This document shows positions 46,134-52,732 of a DNA stretch of 52,732 nucleotides, in pieces (the first letter of the stretch is position 1; every line of letters begins with the position of its first letter). The stretch spans positions 1 to 52,732 of the IMG/VR virus record IMGVR_UViG_3300042294_004185. One strand, 5' to 3'. The DNA is from a virus. Taxonomy: Duplodnaviria > Caudoviricetes. A model generated the notes under the pieces. It saw only the letters and a program-made list of their open reading frames with translations. It was not told where the DNA came from and did no database searches. Both the position numbers and the translations under genes were made by a program.

Positions 46134-47219
46134 TTAATCAGGCTCTTGCTCAAAAATATTCATTGAACTTTCTAACACATCTTCTTCCTCGTAAATATCG
46201 AAATCCATACCACCCAAAATCTTACTCCATTCTGAAGCATGATCATCTTTGTATGCTTTAATTTCTTTATCAGTATCATTAATAAAACCGTGTGGGGTCA
46301 TAATAATTTTACCTCGAGTTGTAACACCATTAATGTGGTTTTTATCAATTTGAATATTTGTACGTTTAGCAAATTCAACTTGTTTACCATCTTTAATAGC
46401 TTTGATTTTACTGGTACCAGCATTTGAAACATTACCGAATGTAATTACAAACGTAGCGTCAAACCACATAGCAAATCCACCTTTATTCATCAACTTAGGT
46501 TGTCCCATAGGTACTTCAGCTTTTGCTGTCCAAACCTTGTTAACACATACCAATGTATTAGTGTATGGTGAACTTTCTTTACGTGATAATGTAATTTTTT
46601 GGTTTACGTTGTTACCAAACTGTGTACTCATAGCACCAGCATTCCATTCATTGTTATTTTTGTTTGATTTAACAGACAATTCACAAGGAACTGAACCGAT
46701 TGAATCCCACAAGAACAATAAATCATAAGGTAGATTACCTTTTTTCTGTTCATCAAGCAAATCTAAAATAAATGCGGCTACATCTTCAATTGTGTGTAAA
46801 GTTTCCCTATCTACGTAAAGGAAAAATCCACTATAATTTCCAACCTCACCAGTTTCTTCATCTACTTCAGTGTTTACTTGCATTCCCATTTGAACTGCGT
46901 GTTCCCAATTCCATTTCATCTCAGTAATAATAAACACGGGTAGTACACCTGCTTTTTGAGCAGCAACTGCTGCCTCAATCAACGCTGTTGTTTTTCCTGT
47001 GTCACTATGTCCACGAAGTAGAACAATGTGCCCAGTAGGAATACCAGGCACACTTGTTACTTCTTGAAATGCAGGACTAAGGGGAATCCACTTCTGTTCT
47101 TTAAACTTAACGTTACCATTAAGTAATTTCTTCTCCTTAAATTTATCTAAATTGAAATTAGATTTAATTTCTGCGGAGACTGCAGCCGTTAGCGATTCGC
47201 TTTTCTTAGTTTTTGCCAT
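46134..47219 (-). CDS. RecA/UvsX-like recombinase
   Basis: GIPTG, GHSDTGKT, TE, WDSIG, KGG, KNH. Confidence 0.9.
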   Translation of the reverse strand: MAKTKKSESLTAAVSAEIKSNFNLDKFKEKKLLNGNVKFKEQKWIPLSPAFQEVTSVPGIPTGHIVLLRGHSDTGKTTALIEAAVAAQKAGVLPVFIITEMKWNWEHAVQMGMQVNTEVDEETGEVGNYSGFFLYVDRETLHTIEDVAAFILDLLDEQKKGNLPYDLLFLWDSIGSVPCELSVKSNKNNNEWNAGAMSTQFGNNVNQKITLSRKESSPYTNTLVCVNKVWTAKAEVPMGQPKLMNKGGFAMWFDATFVITFGNVSNAGTSKIKAIKDGKQVEFAKRTNIQIDKNHINGVTTRGKIIMTPHGFINDTDKEIKAYKDDHASEWSKILGGMDFDIYEEEDVLESSMNIFEQEPD

Positions 47220-47232
47220 AAATTTAATTTAA

Positions 47233-48078
47233 TTAGAAAGGTAGATCGTTGTCTTCATCTTCGTCAAACAAGGCATCAAATTTTTCTGCTTTGCTTGCTT
47301 TTGTAGTTTGAGGTGTTTTCAAAGCATAATTTTTAACAGGAGCTGCTTCTAATTCTGCTTCTACTTCATTCTCATCATCGATGATTGAACCTTCTTCTGG
47401 TTCTTCAGGTGACAACCAATTTTGCAATACTTCTTTCAAATCATCATAAGTTCTCTTACGTTGAAGTTCCAAAATGTCTGGTTGATCTGTAAGGAATTTA
47501 CCGATTTGAGAAGCATCTGCACTCAAAGCTGTAGTTTTAGGTTTAATTCTGATTGATGATTTAAGACCTTGGCGACCACCAATATCACCTTTAACTACAT
47601 CAACAGTAAAGTCACGACCTTCGTTGATGTCAGTGTAATCACCATAATCTTCATCCTCAGCAATACCTAAAAGTTGCATGTAAATTTCTTTACCAAATTC
47701 CCAAAGGCGTACACCTTTTTCTTCTTCACCACGTACAATAACGGGAGCATAAACCCTCATTTTAGGTTCAATTTTCTTAGCTAGCTGCCAGTTTTCTTTG
47801 TCGTTGGTTTTACGGAGTTGAGAAACAAATTCTACAACAGGATCTTTTTCACCCCAGTTAGTTAGGGAAAAGATAGGGAATTTAGAAATTACATAATGTA
47901 CAAAAACCTCTTTGAAAGGATTTTGAGGGTCCAATTTTGAAGGTACAATACGAATTTGGTACTTTCCTTCTTCTTTTGGTTTCCAGTAAACTTTTGAGTA
48001 ATCGATTTTTTCTTTCTTGCCTGTGTTGTTCGTCGACTGTAAAGCGTTTAGTCGTTGTTTGATAGCATTAATATCCAT
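47233..48078 (-). CDS. Single-stranded DNA-binding protein (T4 gp32-like)
   Basis: WKP..G...IRIVP, GVRLWEFGK, D..EGRDF, acidic tail ending DLPF. Confidence 0.85.
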   Translation of the reverse strand: MDINAIKQRLNALQSTNNTGKKEKIDYSKVYWKPKEEGKYQIRIVPSKLDPQNPFKEVFVHYVISKFPIFSLTNWGEKDPVVEFVSQLRKTNDKENWQLAKKIEPKMRVYAPVIVRGEEEKGVRLWEFGKEIYMQLLGIAEDEDYGDYTDINEGRDFTVDVVKGDIGGRQGLKSSIRIKPKTTALSADASQIGKFLTDQPDILELQRKRTYDDLKEVLQNWLSPEEPEEGSIIDDENEVEAELEAAPVKNYALKTPQTTKASKAEKFDALFDEDEDNDLPF

Positions 48079-48105
48079 GATTTTATTTATTAGTTTAATG
48101 TCGGA

Positions 48106-48135
48106 AATATAAGAACGAGGTATTGTATAACCAAG
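48106..48135 (-). promoter_or_regulatory. -33/-7 promoter for ssb-uvsX
   Basis: CTTGG-N19-TATATT. Confidence 0.7.
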
Positions 48136-48633
48136 TTAAAGTTCAACAATTTTAAAAACTTTTGTATTCAGTTGTTTCAACTCATTATGGTTGGTTAACA
48201 AAATACAGTTTTTATAGTGTTGCCAATTTACACGGTAAGATGGATCAACCACACCACCGTTTAATTTTTTTATTAGATCATTTAACGCATTAATAGTATA
48301 AAGCGTATTAGTTTCTTTCTTTCTATGTACTAAGATTGTATTTTGAGGAATACCCTCAACATTACCTTGCTCTACGTTGTATGTAACAACATACTCGTCT
48401 GTACTTTTAACATAAAGTATAAACATCTTATTATACATAATTGAATAAGACTTAGTCAATTCACTAATCAGTGCATCTAAATCCTCTAGTCCTGTAAATG
48501 TACAAAATAACTTATTGTTCACGTCTTTTATGTTTGTCGAATCGAAATCGTATCCGTCATACATATAGTCATTTTTCTGTAAAATCATATGTTTTTCCAT
48601 AACTTGTTTTTGTTTGTAACCTGTATTTATCAA
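48136..48633 (-). CDS. Conserved phage hypothetical protein
   Basis: KLFCTF...HRKKETNTLYTINALN; true start likely downstream (for example GTG at 48522) since the track start overlaps polA. Confidence 0.65.
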   Translation of the reverse strand: MINTGYKQKQVMEKHMILQKNDYMYDGYDFDSTNIKDVNNKLFCTFTGLEDLDALISELTKSYSIMYNKMFILYVKSTDEYVVTYNVEQGNVEGIPQNTILVHRKKETNTLYTINALNDLIKKLNGGVVDPSYRVNWQHYKNCILLTNHNELKQLNTKVFKIVEL

Positions 48634-49858
48634 ATATTTGTCTTATCTCATTTTCTATATCATTTTCACCCTCACCTAGCTCAAACAAAAACGAATCGTA
48701 CGTATATAATACAATTTTTGTTTTGCGTCCTCGCAGTAGCTTATGTATATCTATCAATATATGAACATTCATTGCGGACTCCACATTCTGCAACATATAG
48801 TTAAACAGTTTTTGCGGATTCATATTCTCCAGCTCGCTCTTTTTAAAGCAATAACCCGAAATCGGCACGATAACTTGACCCGAGTTATTGAACTCTTTCC
48901 AGTTATTGTCTACAAATTGTTTTACTTGTTGAAAAAATTCAAGGTGCTCATACTCTTTAAAAACGCCTCCGTATAGCTGCTTAAACGTGATTTCTTTTGC
49001 TTCTTTATAACTCGTTTGGTAGAGATCCGCGAACGCTTGATGGACATCTGGAACGCCAAAATCATAGGCAAGTAAACGACCGACAATAGTAGGATGGTAT
49101 GCACTAATATCGAACTCAACGTACCCATGACTCGATATGTAACTCCTCCTTGAGCCATTGTCTTTGTTTATTGCTGCGAAATTAACGCCATTAAAAGAAT
49201 TACTTGGTCTACGTGTTGTTGTAGCCAAATTGTAGCTTGTGTAAATTCGATCGCCTTGGATTGAATAAAATTCATTGTTGAGCTCATAGTGTTTATCAAA
49301 TTCATATTTGTCTATTTTTAATCCGTTTTTTTCTATTCCAAAGAATGCAAGTACTGCCTTATTGTTGTAAAAATCAAAATATGGTGGTAATTCCTTTGGT
49401 ATTACACTACGAACTTGTTGATAAATATGTTCGCATTTTTCGTAGTGTTTGCTTATTGGTACAAGTTTATTAACCTTTGGATAATTCGTATGGTGAGAAT
49501 AAAAGTAATTATGTGCTTGTGTTTCGGTTTGTATATACGTAGGATTAAGAATGGATAGGTCGCACAAGCTTTTGATAGGAAAATAGTACAATGCGGATTT
49601 CTTATCGCGTACCCACACTTTATCTATTTTTTGTAGTAACGCGTCTATAACCGTTTTATTAAGCGAGGAAGTCTCACTATGGTCAACGCATAACATATAA
49701 CCTTTTGTGTCGTTAAACGGTCTTATATACACTAAAGACACGTCATTTAAAGCAGGGTGTATGTTATCGTGATACGGAATTATCTCTACGAATGCCTCTT
49801 GTATCGTCTTGTGGACTAGATAGTCCATCGATTCTTCTGTTTCTATAATCCAAAACAT
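48569..49858 (-). CDS. Compact family-A DNA polymerase-like protein
   Basis: TTTRRPS, motif A FDISAYHP, motif B AKEITFKQLYG, NYMLQ, motif C YTYDSFLF. Confidence 0.8.
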   Translation of the reverse strand: MFWIIETEESMDYLVHKTIQEAFVEIIPYHDNIHPALNDVSLVYIRPFNDTKGYMLCVDHSETSSLNKTVIDALLQKIDKVWVRDKKSALYYFPIKSLCDLSILNPTYIQTETQAHNYFYSHHTNYPKVNKLVPISKHYEKCEHIYQQVRSVIPKELPPYFDFYNNKAVLAFFGIEKNGLKIDKYEFDKHYELNNEFYSIQGDRIYTSYNLATTTRRPSNSFNGVNFAAINKDNGSRRSYISSHGYVEFDISAYHPTIVGRLLAYDFGVPDVHQAFADLYQTSYKEAKEITFKQLYGGVFKEYEHLEFFQQVKQFVDNNWKEFNNSGQVIVPISGYCFKKSELENMNPQKLFNYMLQNVESAMNVHILIDIHKLLRGRKTKIVLYTYDSFLFELGEGENDIENEIRQIFDKYRLQTKTSYGKTYDFTEK

Positions 49859-50519
49859 AACCTTGATTTGTATCGTTAATATATGAACCCGAATTTAAAG
49901 TTCCAAGTTTAGGATAAAAATTAAGATAACCTCCACTTAATTCTATGTATCTGCTAAAACCAAATGCTTTATATTTTGCCTCTACTTGTTCAACAACGAT
50001 TTTATTTGTTCTAGCAACTTTTTCTTTTTCGCCTATTAATTCCCAAGGAATAGTTAAGGCATAATAAAGTTCCCAATAGTAATCACTACTGTTTTGAACT
50101 AAATTATCATAAGTATCTTTATTAATTTCTATAAAAACATAGTCATTAATTTGTTTAGCAAAGTATCTTTGAAATTCTCCTAACTCATAATCTTGTTGAG
50201 TAGGTTGTGGATAATAAGGAGTTGGTAATTTTCTATCAACAGGGCTTTTACCTAAAACTCGTAAATAATCATCTGCTAGTAAATCATTTTGAGTAGTAAT
50301 AGTAACATATAAAGGATTACTTGCTATTTCAATAGGACTTATTTCGGCTTTAATTATTTCTCTTGGAACACCATCGTTTTGATTTTTTCCAGTAAAAAAT
50401 GTTCCGTTATACAAACTATAATAATATCCAACATAGGATTCACCTGTACCTTTAATTACATATTCATCACCATTAGTGTAAAGGTCAGTTATAATTCTAT
50501 TTTTTGGGTAATAGGCCAT
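49764..50519 (-). CDS. Hypothetical protein (probably structural module)
   Basis: 251 aa; YYPQPT..DY..G.F.RYF motif; coupled to the large upstream ORF. Confidence 0.6.
   Translation of the reverse strand: MAYYPKNRIITDLYTNGDEYVIKGTGESYVGYYYSLYNGTFFTGKNQNDGVPREIIKAEISPIEIASNPLYVTITTQNDLLADDYLRVLGKSPVDRKLPTPYYPQPTQQDYELGEFQRYFAKQINDYVFIEINKDTYDNLVQNSSDYYWELYYALTIPWELIGEKEKVARTNKIVVEQVEAKYKAFGFSRYIELSGGYLNFYPKLGTLNSGSYINDTNQGYVLDYRNRRIDGLSSPQDDTRGIRRDNSVSR
49878..49907 (-). promoter_or_regulatory. -33/-7 promoter for the family-A polymerase, inside the upstream CDS
   Basis: CTTGG-N19-TATATT followed by AAATCAAGGTTATG. Confidence 0.7.
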
Positions 50520-52732
50520 TATTTAGTTGTTTTGGTTTGTTGAGCTGTATTTCCTAGGAATGATAAGTCTAAGAATTCTTTTACTTCATTAGGGGTAGTA
50601 GCTGTTGCACGTTGTCCTTTAGCTGATACTGTTAAACTATCTATTTTAGTTGTCCATTGATTACTAGTTATAGAATGTGTAATACCTTTAATAAGAAAAT
50701 CAATTTTGCCTTGTTTTTTTAGGCTATTTTTTTCTATAGAGGGTCTATAACTATAAGGTAAAATAGATTCTTCAACAGCAAAACGTTGATAGTTTACCAT
50801 TCCAGATAATCCATCCATTTCTAATGACATATTGAACGGAATAAAGAATGGAGCTGGTACTAATTCTTTTTCAGCATAACCTCCCATAACATATAAAGAA
50901 ACATCTCTATTAATTGATCTTAAAGTATCAACGTTATCTTTTTGGTACATAAAATCAATGTATAATTCTCTAAGAAAAGCATACATTTTTAACATATTCT
51001 GATTGAATAATACTTCTGGTGAGTCTGGTTTATTAGCTACTTTTCCACCTAAGCTTTCTGCGTCTAATTTATATGTTATAATTCTATCTTTTAGTCCTGT
51101 GTTTAATTTAGATAAAGCAGTAGCATTTTCACCTACAATATTTCCTTTTGCTTGGGCAGAAATAGTTGCCATTGCTGCCATATTAGGAGGTAATTGTACT
51201 TGGAAATCAACATTTCTTAAGAAACTACCTTTACCTGTACCTACTCCAGGTTCTACTCCAAAAGCTTTAAATATTGCTATATCAGGAGTATCATCTTTAG
51301 ATCTTTTTAAAATATTATCATCTATAATTTTTACCTCATTTTCTTCAGCATCATATATTGCCTGTAATTTATTAACATTACCTAAAGTATCATTAATATT
51401 ATTACAAAGTTCATTTAAATATTTTAATAAATTTACTTTACCATTTACGTCAACATTACTTGCTAATAATTTAGCACAGAAATCAATATTAACCATAATA
51501 TTCATTAATTTCCCTTGAAAAGGATTATTTTCAAATAAGTAATTACTTAAATTAGGTAAATTAGGAGTATTCTTTGTAAAAAATTCCCAACCATTTCCTT
51601 TTTTATCTTTTCCAGACATTGGAATTAAACAAACAAAAGGATCACACGATACTTGAAGAGGCCAAGACAAACAACGATTTAATTCAGGATCAGTATCAAT
51701 AGTAAACATGGCCACAGCATTAGGAGGTAATGGAGTTATTTTACCCGCTAATGTTTTTGAAAATTTATCATTAACAGTTGGTTGTTTAGTATTAACTGTT
51801 GGATTTTCGTTATTTTTAAGATTCTGTTGTTTATAAGCTGCCTCTTTTTGAATAGGATTTAAAGCATTATATTCTTTAGAACCAACTGTTGGTACATTTG
51901 ATGTTTGATTTTGAACAATTGGAGTTAAATCATAATATAATAGATTTTTTGTAATCCAATCTAATAAGTAACCAAATCTTACATAATATTGATCAAACTG
52001 ATGTTCTGAAACGCCTGTTTCTCCTGAGTTTGATGATTTTGCTTTATAAGATAAAACACAAAAATTATCAGGATCTATTTTTTTATTTGCTTTTAATCCA
52101 TCAATCCACCCCCATAAAACAGCATTTAATTTAGTTTTACCAGCACTTTCTTTAGCTGATTGTGGTGCCAATTCTTCTTTTTCTTTAGCTGCTTCTACGG
52201 CACGTTGAAGTTCTCTAAACTTTTTTTCAGCTGCTTCTTTTTCTTGATCTAATTTATTTCTATTAGCTTCTAATTCAGCATCCTTTTTTTCTTGTTGAGC
52301 TTGTTGTTCTATAAGTTTAACATATTGTCTAGCAATCAATATCATTTGATTATATGTTGTTATAGCTACTGGAGATAAACCAGTTATTACTACTTCAACA
52401 CCATTAGCATTAGTAATAGTTGTTCTATATGGTAAACCAGATTGAGAATCAAGTTGTATTCCATCAACAGTTTGGGCTCTTTCAAAAAAGTCATTAGGAT
52501 CTTTTCCCTCAATAATTTGATTTTGATAAACTTGAAAAGTTTTTTCTAATTTTGCAAGTTCTGTTTGATCTTGAGGAATAGCGAGAAAAAACTCTAAACG
52601 TGTTGTGTTAATATCGTCACCTAAATCATCATATTGTCTTTGTAATGCCTCTTGTTTTGCGGCTATTGATTCTGATTCTTTAGCTGAGTTATCTGTTTTA
52701 GAATTTAATTCTTTGTCTTTGGCTTCAAAAGC
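50519..52732 (-). CDS. Large virion-type protein, 5'-truncated (possible tail/baseplate hub)
   Basis: Frame stays open well upstream of the track ATG at 52345 toward the window edge; C-terminal LEMDGLSG...FLIKGITHSITSNQWTT resembles hub-protein ends. Confidence 0.55.
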   Translation of the reverse strand, partial: AFEAKDKELNSKTDNSAKESESIAAKQEALQRQYDDLGDDINTTRLEFFLAIPQDQTELAKLEKTFQVYQNQIIEGKDPNDFFERAQTVDGIQLDSQSGLPYRTTITNANGVEVVITGLSPVAITTYNQMILIARQYVKLIEQQAQQEKKDAELEANRNKLDQEKEAAEKKFRELQRAVEAAKEKEELAPQSAKESAGKTKLNAVLWGWIDGLKANKKIDPDNFCVLSYKAKSSNSGETGVSEHQFDQYYVRFGYLLDWITKNLLYYDLTPIVQNQTSNVPTVGSKEYNALNPIQKEAAYKQQNLKNNENPTVNTKQPTVNDKFSKTLAGKITPLPPNAVAMFTIDTDPELNRCLSWPLQVSCDPFVCLIPMSGKDKKGNGWEFFTKNTPNLPNLSNYLFENNPFQGKLMNIMVNIDFCAKLLASNVDVNGKVNLLKYLNELCNNINDTLGNVNKLQAIYDAEENEVKIIDDNILKRSKDDTPDIAIFKAFGVEPGVGTGKGSFLRNVDFQVQLPPNMAAMATISAQAKGNIVGENATALSKLNTGLKDRIITYKLDAESLGGKVANKPDSPEVLFNQNMLKMYAFLRELYIDFMYQKDNVDTLRSINRDVSLYVMGGYAEKELVPAPFFIPFNMSLEMDGLSGMVNYQRFAVEESILPYSYRPSIEKNSLKKQGKIDFLIKGITHSITSNQWTTKIDSLTVSAKGQRATATTPNEVKEFLDLSFLGNTAQQTKTTK

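Noticed and set aside
29999-49158. Nested minus-strand ORFs 29999..30319, 37953..38153 and 48922..49158
   Set aside because: Fully inside dcd, queC and the polA-like gene in other frames; no motifs or upstream signals.

Overview
AT-rich segment of a large, T4-like-replisome dsDNA phage, very likely infecting Bacteroidota. The host call rests on -33/-7-type promoters, mostly Shine-Dalgarno-free starts and an AFA|Q signal peptide. All credible genes are on the minus strand and use the standard genetic code. In transcription order (right to left) the window holds: a truncated large virion-type protein; a small family-A polymerase; an SSB/UvsX/RNase H-FEN/helicase/class II RNR block; an EF-hand membrane protein; and a 7-deazaguanine DNA-modification locus. 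That locus has a dpdA-like TGT, queC, queD, queE and folE, interleaved with a hotdog thioesterase, two thioredoxins, a secreted NucA-type nuclease, an HPRT and two paralogous LamG proteins. It is followed by dcd/dut, family-B polymerase, sliding clamp, Hsp20, GroES/GroEL, clamp loaders, a PD-(D/E)XK nuclease, a ~13 kb glycan/unusual-sugar cluster, an SLT lysin and small proteins, including two sharing a 26-aa N-terminal leader ending in LNE. Non-coding structure read directly from the sequence includes ten exactly spaced YTTGG-N19-TAYATT-type promoters and a second TATTTAT(A) upstream motif. An inverted repeat also lets the hsp20 3' UTR pair with either its 5' UTR or its Shine-Dalgarno region. 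No tRNA, rRNA, CRISPR array or integrase was seen. All protein calls are motif-based; no database searches were run.
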